A DNA stretch of 64,000 nucleotides from Hanamia sp. (GTDB taxonomy: Bacteria; Bacteroidota; Bacteroidia; Chitinophagales; Chitinophagaceae): NCBI GenBank assembly GCA_965217965.1, contig CBDCJQ010000002.1, positions 139,225-203,224 of the forward strand, read 5' to 3'. Within the stretch, counting starts at the first letter, position 1, and each line of letters opens with the position of its first letter. Position numbers and translations under genes: made by a program. This document shows, one piece after another, positions 1 to 10,939 of this stretch. The notes below the pieces were generated by a model. That model was not told the origin of the DNA, made no database searches, and saw only the letters and a list, made by a program, of their open reading frames with translations.

Positions 1-1008
1 GACCTGATCAGGGTCTTTTGCAGGAGCGGCCATGGAGGCGCAGGCAGCCGCCATTTTATGCGTAATAAACTTACAGCCTTTGGCGGCCCGGATGGTGGTG
101 ATGGCGGCAGAGGTGCTCACATAATTATGCGGGGTAATAAAAACCTTTGGACATTATTGCACTTGCGGTATTTTAAAAATATACTTGCTGAAGACGGAAC
201 TAACGGAAGTAAGAATAATAGCACCGGCAAAGACGGCAAAGATATTTATATAGATGTTCCTTTAGGTACCATCGCAAGAGATGAAGACACAGGAAACCTG
301 GAGGCAGAAATTTTAGAAGACGGCCAGGAAATTATTTTAATGAAAGGCGGACGGGGTGGCCAGGGTAATTCACATTTTGCAACTTCTACAAACCAGGCAC
401 CGACACATGCGCAACCCGGTGAACCGGGCGAAGAGGGATGGAAGATAATGGAGCTGAAAGTATTGGCCGACGTAGGTTTGGTGGGTTTCCCAAATGCGGG
501 AAAATCAACATTGCTTTCGGTGATAACAGCAGCCACGCCAAAGATCGCTGATTACGCTTTTACCACTCTAACACCGCAGCTTGGTATGGTTGCTTATCGT
601 GATGATAAAAGTTTTTGTGTAGCAGATCTGCCTGGAATAATTGAAGGTGCCGCTGAAGGAAAGGGACTTGGTTACAGGTTCTTAAGGCACATTGAGCGAA
701 ACCCTGTTTTATTGTTCGTGATTCCTGCGGATAGTAATGATCACGCAGAAGAATTTAATATTTTGCAAAATGAATTGAAAGAATATAATCCTGAATTGCT
801 TGATAAAAAATTTATAATCGCGATAAGCAAAAGCGATATGCTCGATGATGAATTGAAAGAAGCAATTGAAAAAGAATTACCAAAAAATATCGCGCATCTT
901 TTTATTTCCTCAATTACAAATAAAGGGCTGGTGGAATTAAAGGATGTATTGTGGAAAGCGCTCAATGAAAACACACCTTCGCCGGCGGAAATAAGGCTAA
1001 ATCTTTGA
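1..1008 (+). CDS. obgE: GTPase ObgE/CgtA; 5' end lies outside the window
   Basis: Frame open from base 1 ([15 protein letters not shown]..), Gly-rich Obg domain ([11 protein letters not shown]), G1 [18 protein letters not shown]. Confidence 0.95.
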   Translation, partial: DLIRVFCRSGHGGAGSRHFMRNKLTAFGGPDGGDGGRGAHIIMRGNKNLWTLLHLRYFKNILAEDGTNGSKNNSTGKDGKDIYIDVPLGTIARDEDTGNLEAEILEDGQEIILMKGGRGGQGNSHFATSTNQAPTHAQPGEPGEEGWKIMELKVLADVGLVGFPNAGKSTLLSVITAATPKIADYAFTTLTPQLGMVAYRDDKSFCVADLPGIIEGAAEGKGLGYRFLRHIERNPVLLFVIPADSNDHAEEFNILQNELKEYNPELLDKKFIIAISKSDMLDDELKEAIEKELPKNIAHLFISSITNKGLVELKDVLWKALNENTPSPAEIRLNL

Positions 1009-1061
1009 CATTAAAAGACAAGGTTTTTTTATGCCGGTGTTTAACGAAACGTAATTTTAAA

Positions 1062-1496
1062 ATGAAGAAATTAAAAATATTGACCTGCATTCTATCAATG
1101 CTTTTTTTGCAACAAAATCTTTTTGCTCAAATGATGCTAAGCGCAAAAATAAAAGGAAAGGAAACTGCGAAGGAACGTATTGGAGAAGAGCCTGTAAAGA
1201 TTGATATTGACAAAAGCAAGTATAAAAGCATTTGTAATTTTGAGGTGATCATAGCTGAGCAAGATCCATCCGCAGCATATAAAAGAACAATTGAAATAAC
1301 AGACGCAAGCGGCGGCAGGCTTTACGCTTCGGATGAATCGGGCACGCCCGGAGTTTATAAAATTGATCTTTCGTCCGTTTGCAAAAAAATATCATCTCAA
1401 ACAATCATTAAATTGATGTTGCTGAAAAATCCCGCCAACGATAAGATGATGCTGCCTTCAAGAATGATACAGCTTGCGGAAATTCATTTAAAATAA
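1062..1496 (+). CDS. Hypothetical secreted protein
   Basis: ATG at 1062 starts a signal-peptide-like MKKLKILTCILSMLFLQQNLFAQ; the track's TTG at 1005 overlaps obgE. Confidence 0.7.
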   Translation: MKKLKILTCILSMLFLQQNLFAQMMLSAKIKGKETAKERIGEEPVKIDIDKSKYKSICNFEVIIAEQDPSAAYKRTIEITDASGGRLYASDESGTPGVYKIDLSSVCKKISSQTIIKLMLLKNPANDKMMLPSRMIQLAEIHLK

Positions 1497-1499
1497 TCC

Positions 1500-2399
1500 A
1501 TGAGGCGAAAAATTTTATTTTTTATAAATCCTATTTCCGGCACCGGCAGTAAGCTCTCGCTGGAAAGAAAGATTATCAGAAAGTGTTATGAACACAATAT
1601 TGCTTTTGAAATGTTGTTGACCGCCGAAGATGGCGATTATGCATTTTTGAGAGAGAAAATTAAAAAAGAGAATATCACTGACATTGTGGTTTGTGGCGGC
1701 GATGGAAGCCTTAACCCGATTGTAGCGGCCTTATTAAACATACCCGTCAATTTCGGAATTATTCCGCTGGGCTCCGGCAACGGCCTTGCATTTGCTGCCA
1801 AAATTCCCAAATCAACCAATAAAGCTTTCGATATAATTTTTAATGGCAAGGCTTCTTGTGTGGATGCCTTTCTTATCAACGGGCGCCTGAGTTGTATGCT
1901 CTGCGGTATAGGTTTTGATGCACAGGTGGCGTATGATTTTTCCCTGCAAAAAAAACGCGGCTTAAGCAGTTATATAATACAATCGCTTAAAAATTTTGTA
2001 TCCGCCTCTGCCTATCCTTTCAAAATAGAAATAAATAATACCTCCATAAATACGGATGCTTTTTTTATTTGCGTAGCCAATAGTAACCAGTTTGGGAACA
2101 ATGTTACCATAGCCCCGAAAGCCAGCCTCAGCGATGGATTGGTAGATGTGATAATCGTAAAAAAAATGGGAAAGCTCAATGTAGTTTGGTCTGTTTTAAA
2201 ACAGGTGAGCACCGGTACATTAACCAATAAAGAAGAGAAAGATTTTTTAAATAAAAATGTTCTTTATTTTCAAGCGGCGACGCTTAAAATATATAACGAA
2301 GGCCTGGCTCCATTACACATTGATGGAGATCCTGCACAAACAGCCGGCAAATTTATTATCAATATTATTCCAAACGCATTCAGGCTTATTCAGCCTTAA
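1500..2399 (+). CDS. Diacylglycerol/lipid kinase family (YegS-like)
   Basis: NPISG, GGDGS, PLGSGNGLA and HIDGD motifs. Confidence 0.9.
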   Translation: MRRKILFFINPISGTGSKLSLERKIIRKCYEHNIAFEMLLTAEDGDYAFLREKIKKENITDIVVCGGDGSLNPIVAALLNIPVNFGIIPLGSGNGLAFAAKIPKSTNKAFDIIFNGKASCVDAFLINGRLSCMLCGIGFDAQVAYDFSLQKKRGLSSYIIQSLKNFVSASAYPFKIEINNTSINTDAFFICVANSNQFGNNVTIAPKASLSDGLVDVIIVKKMGKLNVVWSVLKQVSTGTLTNKEEKDFLNKNVLYFQAATLKIYNEGLAPLHIDGDPAQTAGKFIINIIPNAFRLIQP

Positions 2400-4618
2400 C
2401 GTTTCAAAAATTGCTTCACTTGCTCAAAAGCTTCTACGTTATTTTTTCGGGTCAATGAAGACATTACTTCTTTTTTTTCATTGGCTGTTAAATGAAAGTT
2501 TAGTGTTGCTCCATGTTCTTTTTTCTCCGGGATATACATAAATGAAACGCGGCTTAAGTTACTGTCCAAAATATTATTGGCGTAGGTAATTTCATCGTCC
2601 TGAAAATAATCCTGCAGCATAAACCAGTTGGTTTGCAACATGGTAAAGGGTCTGGTAAAAATTCCCGTAATATCTCCGCCTTCTGCAGGGTTATCCCATG
2701 AACTCTTCTTCCTGCTTCGCACCTGTATTACCAACACGCCTCTTGTATTTTCATTGATCCAATCTTTAAAGACGTTTATAAATCTAAGTGTAGTTTCCTG
2801 GCCGTAATTATCTCTAAGCCCCGCGTCCATTACATCGATCACTGGTTTTGAAGGCAGCCACACATTCGGTAGTACATAAGGGTAAGTGGCATTCATTCTC
2901 AAGGCTGTAACAAAGCGCAGGTTCATAGGGTCTTCATTTTTAAACAATGCTGCAAAGTCAACAGCATCAGGCCCCGACATGCAGGAAGTGCTGTCAACAA
3001 ATTCGGGTTGCATCATAAAGCTCAACGGCTGTGTACATATCATTAGCTTTTTAAGATCCTGGGTTATGACAGAGTTTAATATCATCAGCGGTATCTCGGC
3101 ATTGCTTTCCGCAGTCTTGTAAAAGCCGATATTTTTATTCAGCAATCCATGCGTATTTTCATTGAGCTTTTGTTCAAAAGCATAGCCCCGGTCTTTAACA
3201 TAACGGTAAGGCCCAACCGAAAACTTTTGCGCCGGTGAAAGTAAGTCACGCGATATCATAGAAGAAAATACCGGGTTCAATAAATCTTTTGAGATATCAT
3301 CCACATATTTTCTATCCTCAATATTTATATTTTGCCCCTGCAGTTTTAATCTTTGTAATTCCCTGAAATAAGCTGCGCCGAACATGCCGCCGGAAGCGCC
3401 GCTTATAAGAAAAGTATTTTTCATAATTGTGCCCTGCGTGAGGTTGTCGAGCTTTTGCAAAATGTTCATGGCAAAGCTTGCGCTCCTTACGCCGCCGCCG
3501 CTAAAATTAAAAACTACCATCAAAGGTTTTTCCTCATCCTGTCTAGATTTCCACCGGTTCAGGATATTGATCATATTTTTTTTATCCTCGTAAACATGTG
3601 CAGGTGATGCAAGCTGCATTAGCTTATCCAACGAATACATAGGCCGGGGGCTATTACTATAGTTTAAGCCATAGGCTTTATTGCGCGGGTCAATAATGTC
3701 ATACTTGTATAAAAGATTAAGAACTATAAAAAGGAATATCACAAACAACACGCTCCAGCTTCTGAGGAAATAGGTAAGCGCCCCGATCACCGCATTTAAT
3801 ATGGCGAAAAGTAAAAGAATGCTTGCCGCTGCCGGTATCTGAAAAATTTTATTATCAAGAAAAAAACCGATAAAGATCATAAAGATAAATGCAAGCAATA
3901 CGGTGATCATCGCTGCCAGGTGATGCCTCTTAAAGATTGTATCCAAAAAGTCCTTGCTATAGTGGCCAACCTTCCGGGCTTTTTTCAGCGTAAAATAAGT
4001 AGTAAGATAATAGCCAACCCGCAGGCCGAAATTGTCGTTAGCCAAAGCATTTTCGTGGCTTTTAAAATTTTTATTTTCATCAAAGTCGGCAAGGTCTGGT
4101 TTAAATTTTCTTACAATTCTTTTATCCGCGTTAAAGAAATAGATAAAAGATATTACGATCAATAAAATAAAGCCGCCGGCGAAGCCTGCAGCGATCACCA
4201 CAAATTGCCAAACAGAAAGCAGCTCATTGCTTCGCTCGAACGTATACGCTTCAAAAAAATACACAAGCAAAAAGCAGAAAGGAATGATTGCATTATTAAC
4301 GCAATATTTAAAAAAAGGCTTGGAAGTAGTAGCCAGAAAACGGCAACGGCTGCTGTGTAAAATGAAGGTGGTAATATTCCAGCTCATCATAAAGCCTGCA
4401 GTCGCCATGCCGGTAATAGCAGCACCGCCGGCGTTTACGTTTCCCAGATATTCGGGCGAAAGAAATAATGCATTGGCTCCAAAAATTTTGAGAAAGTGAC
4501 CCGTAAGCGTGAGAAAAAGAATGAACCAGAAAATCAGCAACACCTGGAACTTTCTAAAATGAAGCAACAGCAATTGTATGGGAAACGAGAAATATAAATT
4601 TCGAAAAAAAGTTGTCAT
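2396..4618 (-). CDS. Membrane-anchored patatin-like phospholipase
   Basis: N-terminal TM segments, then GGGVRS, GASGG nucleophile elbow and DAG motif. Confidence 0.8.
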   Translation of the reverse strand: MTTFFRNLYFSFPIQLLLLHFRKFQVLLIFWFILFLTLTGHFLKIFGANALFLSPEYLGNVNAGGAAITGMATAGFMMSWNITTFILHSSRCRFLATTSKPFFKYCVNNAIIPFCFLLVYFFEAYTFERSNELLSVWQFVVIAAGFAGGFILLIVISFIYFFNADKRIVRKFKPDLADFDENKNFKSHENALANDNFGLRVGYYLTTYFTLKKARKVGHYSKDFLDTIFKRHHLAAMITVLLAFIFMIFIGFFLDNKIFQIPAAASILLLFAILNAVIGALTYFLRSWSVLFVIFLFIVLNLLYKYDIIDPRNKAYGLNYSNSPRPMYSLDKLMQLASPAHVYEDKKNMINILNRWKSRQDEEKPLMVVFNFSGGGVRSASFAMNILQKLDNLTQGTIMKNTFLISGASGGMFGAAYFRELQRLKLQGQNINIEDRKYVDDISKDLLNPVFSSMISRDLLSPAQKFSVGPYRYVKDRGYAFEQKLNENTHGLLNKNIGFYKTAESNAEIPLMILNSVITQDLKKLMICTQPLSFMMQPEFVDSTSCMSGPDAVDFAALFKNEDPMNLRFVTALRMNATYPYVLPNVWLPSKPVIDVMDAGLRDNYGQETTLRFINVFKDWINENTRGVLVIQVRSRKKSSWDNPAEGGDITGIFTRPFTMLQTNWFMLQDYFQDDEITYANNILDSNLSRVSFMYIPEKKEHGATLNFHLTANEKKEVMSSLTRKNNVEAFEQVKQFLKR

Positions 4619-4641
4619 ATCCGTATTAATTGCCGTTTACT

Positions 4642-5709
4642 TTATGCCTGATGCACCTGCCTTGCCGACGACCTGATAATATATAACATAAAAACCATTG
4701 ACATAAGAAAGAGTATGGCCACCATCTGATGGGCAACGCCAAGCCACACAAGGTTATTGCCATAAGGTGAAAGTATCACGGTGGTGATGCCTAATATTAC
4801 CTGCAGGTAAATCAGTATCAAAGGAATCAATCTTGTTTTTTTAAATAATCCTTTTCCATTAGATCTTATTGCTTTGTAGCCCCACACAGATACGGTTATT
4901 AAAAGCAGGTAAGCAACGCAGCGATGTATAAACTGCACGGTAATTTTATTATCAATAAAATTTTTCCAAAAGGGAGATAAACTGAACATGCTATCGGGCA
5001 GCCACTGGCCATTAATATCCGGCCAGGTTGGCGCGGCGGTAGCTGCATGCAGCCCCGCCATAAACGCCCCATATAAAAGTTGAAGAAGGAGAATAAAAAC
5101 AACGACAAAACTCAATTTTCTCAGCTTGCTATTTACCGTCATTACACTTTTTGGAAGGGCAACACTAAGCGCAAACCATAGTGTGTAGGATAGTAATAAT
5201 AATGCTGCCATAAAATGCGTAGCCAGTTGAATATGGCCAACAAACAATCGCTCAGGCACAAGGCCGCTTTTTACCATGATCCACCCAATGGCGCCTTGCA
5301 TTGCCCCCAAAAGAAATAATATAATGAACGGAATGATCATGTTTTGCCTGAATTGCTTTTTTATCAAAAAATAAAAAAAACCAATTAAAAAAACCAGGCC
5401 CATAAGCCTTGCCCACACACGATGAAACCATTCCCAAAAGAAAATAGATTTAAAATCGCTCAAAGAGAAATCAGCATGAATAAAACGAAATTGGTCAGTG
5501 TTTTTATATTTATTAAACTCTTCGGTCCATTTATTCAGGTTTAATGGAGGCAGCATGCCTGTAATAGGGTTCCATTCGGTAATGCTTAAGCCAGATTCAG
5601 TAAGCCGGGTAATACCGCCAAGTAATATTTGAATCATCAACATTATTACTCCTGCGAAAAGCCAACGGGAAACATTCTTAGAATTACTTTTAATTATAAC
5701 AGGCTGCAT
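4642..5709 (-). CDS. ctaA: COX15/CtaA heme A synthase
   Basis: GGITRLTESGLSITEW, FFWEWFHR, conserved His in TM helices. Confidence 0.9.
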   Translation of the reverse strand: MQPVIIKSNSKNVSRWLFAGVIMLMIQILLGGITRLTESGLSITEWNPITGMLPPLNLNKWTEEFNKYKNTDQFRFIHADFSLSDFKSIFFWEWFHRVWARLMGLVFLIGFFYFLIKKQFRQNMIIPFIILFLLGAMQGAIGWIMVKSGLVPERLFVGHIQLATHFMAALLLLSYTLWFALSVALPKSVMTVNSKLRKLSFVVVFILLLQLLYGAFMAGLHAATAAPTWPDINGQWLPDSMFSLSPFWKNFIDNKITVQFIHRCVAYLLLITVSVWGYKAIRSNGKGLFKKTRLIPLILIYLQVILGITTVILSPYGNNLVWLGVAHQMVAILFLMSMVFMLYIIRSSARQVHQA

Positions 5710-5879
5710 ACGTCACTTCTTTTTCTACACAATTTTCTTGGTTAATTTTTCTAATCGATAGCTGTAAAGTTAACCTTGTAAGGCATAAGATTTTTGCAAG
5801 AATATTTTTAAAACACCAGTGTTGAAAATTAATTATCGTTTTAAATGTCATCTATTTTATTTTTGACGAAATCATTTTT

Positions 5880-6482
5880 TTGCTGTTACCTTTTTTTCAT
5901 AATAGATTTTGCGAAGCAGGGCTTGATGAGGCAGGGCGTGGATGCTTTGCCGGACCTGTATTTGCAGCCGCAGTTATTTTACCTAAAGATTTTTATCATC
6001 CATCCCTCAACGATTCAAAGCAGCTCACAAGAGATGAGCGCGAAGAGCTAAGGCCGGTTATAGAAAGGGAAGCAATAGCCTGCGCCGTTGCAAGCGTAAG
6101 TAATAATGAAATAGATCGCATAAACATTCTGCAGGCATCTTATAAAGCCATGCATCTTGCTTTAAATAAGCTTACATCGCAACCGGAAATTTTATTGATA
6201 GATGGCAACCGGTTTAAGCCCTATAAGAAAATGCCGCATCACTGTATTGTAAAAGGCGATGGAATATATACCTCAATTGCGGCAGCAAGTGTGCTCGCAA
6301 AAACTTACCGCGACGACTATATGATGCATTTGCATACAAAGCACACCGTGTATGCCTGGCACAGCAACAAGGGCTATGGCACACGCGAACACCGCGCCGC
6401 TATTGAACAGCATGGCTTATGCAAATACCATCGCAGAAGCTTTAATATACTGGCCGCACGGCTGAACTGTATAGATATTTGA
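5880..6482 (+). CDS. rnhB: Ribonuclease HII
   Basis: GLDEAGRG, DSK, DGN, SIAAASVLAKTYRD, NKGYGT. Confidence 0.95.
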   Translation: MLLPFFHNRFCEAGLDEAGRGCFAGPVFAAAVILPKDFYHPSLNDSKQLTRDEREELRPVIEREAIACAVASVSNNEIDRINILQASYKAMHLALNKLTSQPEILLIDGNRFKPYKKMPHHCIVKGDGIYTSIAAASVLAKTYRDDYMMHLHTKHTVYAWHSNKGYGTREHRAAIEQHGLCKYHRRSFNILAARLNCIDI

Positions 6483-6606
6483 TACTTTAGGATAAGCAAT
6501 TTCCAGAGAAAAAAATTTTCCTTTTATTTGGACGAATGAATTAAACCAAAGGTTTACCACGCCGTCAATACACCACGAAACAATTCTTAACTATTAAAAT
6601 ACTTTT

Positions 6607-6927
6607 ATGAAAACAAAATTTTTAGTGCTGCTTATTATTTTATTTTGCCTCGGCTTCGGCAGCTTAAACGCACAAACTGTAAAAACTCCCCGCCATGAGC
6701 GGCAGCGCATTAAGCAAGGCGTAAAAAGCGGCGAGATTACCCGGAGAGAAACAAAAACCCTCGCAATGCAACAAAAAGATATTCGCCACGATAAAAAAGA
6801 GGCACGGGCAGATGGTAGGGTGACACCCGCAGAGAGAAGGCATATAAGAAGAGATGAAAGAAAAGCAAGCCGAAGCATATACCGTAAAAAGCACAATGCC
6901 CGCGACCGCAAGAATTTAATCATATAG
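6607..6927 (+). CDS. Secreted basic protein with internal repeats (ERQRIKQGVKSGEITRRE type)
   Basis: Signal peptide followed by Arg/Lys-rich helical repeats. Confidence 0.75.
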   Translation: MKTKFLVLLIILFCLGFGSLNAQTVKTPRHERQRIKQGVKSGEITRRETKTLAMQQKDIRHDKKEARADGRVTPAERRHIRRDERKASRSIYRKKHNARDRKNLII

Positions 6928-7060
6928 AACAGATCAAAAAATTTGCATTGATTCTCCGCGAGTGGAATGTGGAAGCAGGAGAGATAGCACCTATGCTAAG
7001 CCTGAAAAGAAAAGTGATTATGGAAAAACATAAAGATGCAGTAAAAAGATCTAAGGCTAA
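6912..7060 (+). pseudogene. C-terminal relic of a long-chain acyl-CoA synthetase (AMP-binding family)
   Basis: Reads EFNHIEQIKKFALILREWNVEAGEIAPMLSLKRKVIMEKHKDAV, resembling the FNHVEQIKKF..GELTPTLSLKRKVI C-terminus; no start and no rest of gene. Confidence 0.65.
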
Positions 7061-7128
7061 TAGTTCCGGATTTCAAGGTATAAGTTTGGAAGTTTTTATC
7101 AACACGGGTCAATTCACTGCAGCGCAAG

Positions 7129-7476
7129 TCAATCCTCGAAAATTTGTTGCTCTTCTCTCTCATCAACAGGAATCTTTTTAATAAAATCATCATAGCCATC
7201 ATCTGCATGATCGCTATACACGCCATAAGCATCGAGGCTGTAGCCTATCAATCCATCGTTAGCTTCCAACAAATAAATTATAGACGAGTCAGAAGGGTCG
7301 GATTCTCCTTCGAAACGATAAGTGCGGATAATCTTGAGATCTTCGGGATTGTAATATTTATTATTTCCCGGGGTGAAGCCCTCAGACGTCATGCGGAATT
7401 CCTTATCATGTTTTTTTATCCTGAGCTTTTCTAAAACGGAGGTTACCGTTGTCATTTCTTCTTTTTCTTCGGACAT
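7129..7476 (-). CDS. Conserved Bacteroidota stress-cluster protein (YRFEGESDPSD motif)
   Basis: YRFEGESDPSDSSIIYLLEANDG..DAYG motif; ATG at 7476 preferred over 7509. Confidence 0.75.
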   Translation of the reverse strand: MSEEKEEMTTVTSVLEKLRIKKHDKEFRMTSEGFTPGNNKYYNPEDLKIIRTYRFEGESDPSDSSIIYLLEANDGLIGYSLDAYGVYSDHADDGYDDFIKKIPVDEREEQQIFED

Positions 7477-7560
7477 AAAATATATTTTTAGTAAATAAGT
7501 TCGGGACAAATTCCATACCTTTCTTATTCAACCCCAAAAGATGATCAGCTTTTGTAAAAA

Positions 7561-8985
7561 TTACAGTGACTGGTAAATTTTTATTTTATTATAAAGTGTT
7601 TTGCGATCTATTTTCAAAATTTCAGCCGCTCTTGTTTTATTAAAATTTACTTCTTTCAATACATTCATAATGGCATCGTACTCAGCTTTGGCAGCTGCGT
7701 CTTTAAGGTCTATGTCTTTTGCAAAAGCGCCATCGCTCTTAGTTGCAAATGCAGAAGATGAATTTTGAAAATTCGTATACCCATGAAAATCTGCATTTGT
7801 AATTTCCCACGGCAATACTTTTGAATTGATTTTCCCCGAGGGGGTAAGAAGCACTGCCCTTCTTACTACGTTTCTGAATTCTCTCAGGTTACCCGGCCAG
7901 TTGTAACTGATAAACATATCAAGTACATTATTTTCGTAGCCTTCTATATTCTTTCCAAGTTCAAGGTTTGTTTTATCAAGGAAGAAATCTGCAAATAAAG
8001 GAATATCATCCTTTCTTTCACGTAGCGGTGGAAGGTTAATAGAAAATTCATTGAAACGATGGTAGAGATCTTCACGAAATTTTCCTCTTTTATAAGCTTC
8101 CTGCAGGTTTTCATTTGAAGCTACTATTATTCTTACATCCACATCCATTTCTTTGGTTCCCCCAACTCTTTTAAATTTCCTTTCCTGTATTACGCGTAAG
8201 AGGGCGGCTTGCACCTCGGGTGAGAGGTTGACTACTTCGTCAAGAAACAAAGTTCCTCCATTGGCCAACTCGAAATGCCCTTCCTTATCAGTAATAGCGC
8301 CGGTAAAAGCTCCTTTTACATGGCCGAATAATTCACTTCCCGAAAGCTCCTTTGAAAGTGTACCACAGTCCATCGCTACAAAAGGCCGGCCCCGCCTGTT
8401 GCTTGTTTCATGTATTGTTTTAGCAATTACCTCCTTGCCGGTGCCGCTTTCTCCATACAGAATAATGCTGTAGTTAGTACCGGCCACAATCTCGATCTGC
8501 TTATATACCCTGGCGGTTTCTCCATCCTGCCCCACAAGAAATTCCTTGTTTGCAGAAATGGTGTAAGTCCTTTTATTTTTTTGGGCGGGAGCAGGTACGG
8601 AAGGCATTATTGCTTCAGGAGAAGGCACCGCCGTGGCTTTTTCTATCACGTTGATCACTTCATCCGGAATAAGCGGTTTTGTTATATAATCAAAAGCCCC
8701 CAATTTAATAACATCCACTGCAGTTTTTATGTCGGAATATCCTGTAATAATAATTACTATCGTTTGCGGATTAGCTTCTTTTATTTTAAGCAACACATCT
8801 TTACCATCTTTATCGCCGAGCCTGAAATCACATAAAACTATGTCGAAATATTGCTCAGTAAATTTGGCAAGTCCTTTAGCGCCATTATGCGCGACCTCCG
8901 TTTCGAACCCTTTTTTGTTAAGAAACCTGCTAAGTAAGGAGCACATATCAAGGTCATCATCAATGATCAGTATTTTTTTCTTCAT
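7561..8985 (-). CDS. Sigma-54-dependent response regulator (NtrC/AtoC family)
   Basis: Receiver domain, GESGTGKE, GAFTGA, FREDLYHR, C-terminal Fis-type HTH. Confidence 0.95.
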   Translation of the reverse strand: MKKKILIIDDDLDMCSLLSRFLNKKGFETEVAHNGAKGLAKFTEQYFDIVLCDFRLGDKDGKDVLLKIKEANPQTIVIIITGYSDIKTAVDVIKLGAFDYITKPLIPDEVINVIEKATAVPSPEAIMPSVPAPAQKNKRTYTISANKEFLVGQDGETARVYKQIEIVAGTNYSIILYGESGTGKEVIAKTIHETSNRRGRPFVAMDCGTLSKELSGSELFGHVKGAFTGAITDKEGHFELANGGTLFLDEVVNLSPEVQAALLRVIQERKFKRVGGTKEMDVDVRIIVASNENLQEAYKRGKFREDLYHRFNEFSINLPPLRERKDDIPLFADFFLDKTNLELGKNIEGYENNVLDMFISYNWPGNLREFRNVVRRAVLLTPSGKINSKVLPWEITNADFHGYTNFQNSSSAFATKSDGAFAKDIDLKDAAAKAEYDAIMNVLKEVNFNKTRAAEILKIDRKTLYNKIKIYQSL

Positions 8986-9014
8986 ATTGTGTTAGGCTGT
9001 TAAAGTATGCAAAG

Positions 9015-9950
9015 TTAATTTAATTCTTTGTTCTTAAGCTCTGGTTCGGCAACATGTTTCTCTTCGATTTTTATCCATTCTGCAAATTCGTTTGGCTGAA
9101 TATTACCACCAAAAAACTTCGCATGCACTTTGGTAAATTCTGCCCCGAGATACAAAATAATGGAACTGTAATACACCCATACCATAATAATGATAATAGA
9201 GGCGGCTGCGCCATATAAAGTTGTCAGGTTGCTTTTTCCAAGATAAAAGCCGATGCCCAATTTACCCAGAGTGAAAAATATAGCTGTAATAAGGCCTCCG
9301 AATAACACATCTTTCCATTTGATTTTAGCATCGGGCAAAACTTTAAACATGAGAGAAAATAAAAAGGCAGCAATGATAAATGATAATAGCGCCTCTGTAA
9401 TCTCTATAAAATACACGCTGAAATGATGAATATACCTGCCCAGGAATTTACCAAAGGCTGATACGAGCGCATTTAAAATGAGCGACACTATCATTATAAA
9501 TCCTATACATAAAATAATAGAAAAAGAAAGAAGCCTTGTTAATATCAATTTCCACCAGGTCTTTTTTGTTTTTATCCTTAAGCCCCAAATTTTATTGAAT
9601 GAATCCTGCACCTCTCCAAATATAGTAGTAGCCCCGATCAACAGAATTATTATACTTACAATGCTCGCAAAAAAATTGTTACCCACCAGGTGAATATGTT
9701 TGATGATTTCCTGGATTTGGTTCGCAGCCACATTGCCAACTAAACCTTGCAATTGTTCATACACCTGGCCTTGTACTGCTTCTCTGCCATAAAAAACACC
9801 TGCAAGTGTGGAGATAATTACCAATAATGGTGCTATTGAGAACACGGTGTAGTAAGCAAGGGAAGCGCTATATTTCAATATGTTATCTGAAGAAAATTCT
9901 TTAAATACAATTTTCACATAGGAGAAAACTGAAGTATATCTTTTCTTCAT
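9015..9950 (-). CDS. YihY/virulence factor BrkB family membrane protein
   Basis: SASLAYYTVFSIAPLL and YGAAASIIIIMVWVYYSS motifs. Confidence 0.9.
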   Translation of the reverse strand: MKKRYTSVFSYVKIVFKEFSSDNILKYSASLAYYTVFSIAPLLVIISTLAGVFYGREAVQGQVYEQLQGLVGNVAANQIQEIIKHIHLVGNNFFASIVSIIILLIGATTIFGEVQDSFNKIWGLRIKTKKTWWKLILTRLLSFSIILCIGFIMIVSLILNALVSAFGKFLGRYIHHFSVYFIEITEALLSFIIAAFLFSLMFKVLPDAKIKWKDVLFGGLITAIFFTLGKLGIGFYLGKSNLTTLYGAAASIIIIMVWVYYSSIILYLGAEFTKVHAKFFGGNIQPNEFAEWIKIEEKHVAEPELKNKELN

Positions 9951-10209
9951 CCTCTCTTTTTTTAAAATTATAAAATATAATTAAATAGTTTGCCTGTCAT
10001 AAACGCAAGATTAGTATGTTTTTAAACAACTAAAAAATTGTTATGCATTTGTAACATCCTGTTGATAATTTTATTTCTACCTCCTGGGCATAAATTGTTT
10101 ATTGAATTCCTCAACAAACCCGAATAAAACAATGGTCGGATAATTGAAGTGTAAGGTTTACTACTTTTTACTATTTTGTGAGAATTAGGGCATAATTAAT
10201 GAACTTAGG

Positions 10210-10596
10210 ATGAAAAGTGAAAATACACTCGCAAAAGTGATGATAGTGGAAGACGAGAAAGATCTGTGTTTAATGCTTAGCTACATTTTAAAGAAGCAGA
10301 ACTTCATTCCATCCTGTGTCTATTCGTTGGAAGAAGCAACTCATACCATCCAAAGATTTAAGCCTGAAATACTTTTTCTTGATAATAATTTGCCCGACGG
10401 CTCAGGTGCGGATTTTATTGGTCATGTGAAAAAGTTATATCCATTGACTAAAATAATAATGATGACGGCGCACGACTCACCAAAAGAAGTAACGAAGGCT
10501 TTTGTAAAGGGCGCCGACTACTTCATCAGTAAGCCTTTTAATACTTCCACAATAAAAAGTATGCTTGATAATATAGCATTTGCTATAGCGAGTTAG
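10210..10596 (+). CDS. Single-domain response regulator (receiver only)
   Basis: IVEDE, LDNNLPDGSG, MTA, SKPF. Confidence 0.9.
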   Translation: MKSENTLAKVMIVEDEKDLCLMLSYILKKQNFIPSCVYSLEEATHTIQRFKPEILFLDNNLPDGSGADFIGHVKKLYPLTKIIMMTAHDSPKEVTKAFVKGADYFISKPFNTSTIKSMLDNIAFAIAS

Positions 10597-10759
10597 TCTC
10601 ATTTCGTAGAGCAAATTCCCCGTGACATTGTTAGCGCTACTTAAATACATGAAGTATTTGCAGCCACGATGCGAACTTTTATAATAAATTCGGATTTGGC
10701 AAAGTTTTGAGTATCATTGTACATGTATTAATTTTTTTTTAACTTAAAAATCAAACATC

Positions 10760-10909
10760 ATGGGAAATCTTTTGTATGTAATCGCAGTAATTCTTGTAAT
10801 CATCTGGGCTATTAGCTTCCTGGGAGGTTATTATACCGGCGGCATTATTCATATACTTCTGGTTATTGCTATAATAGCGATATTATTGAAAGTAATAAAT
10901 CGGGCTTAA
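10760..10909 (+). CDS. lmo0937-family small membrane protein (49 aa; missing from ORF track)
   Basis: MGNLLYVIAVILVIIWAISFLGGYYTGGIIHILLVIAIIAILLKVINRA*. Confidence 0.8.
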   Translation: MGNLLYVIAVILVIIWAISFLGGYYTGGIIHILLVIAIIAILLKVINRA

Positions 10910-10939
10910 CTAATTATTGATTTCATAAATAACTTTTTC

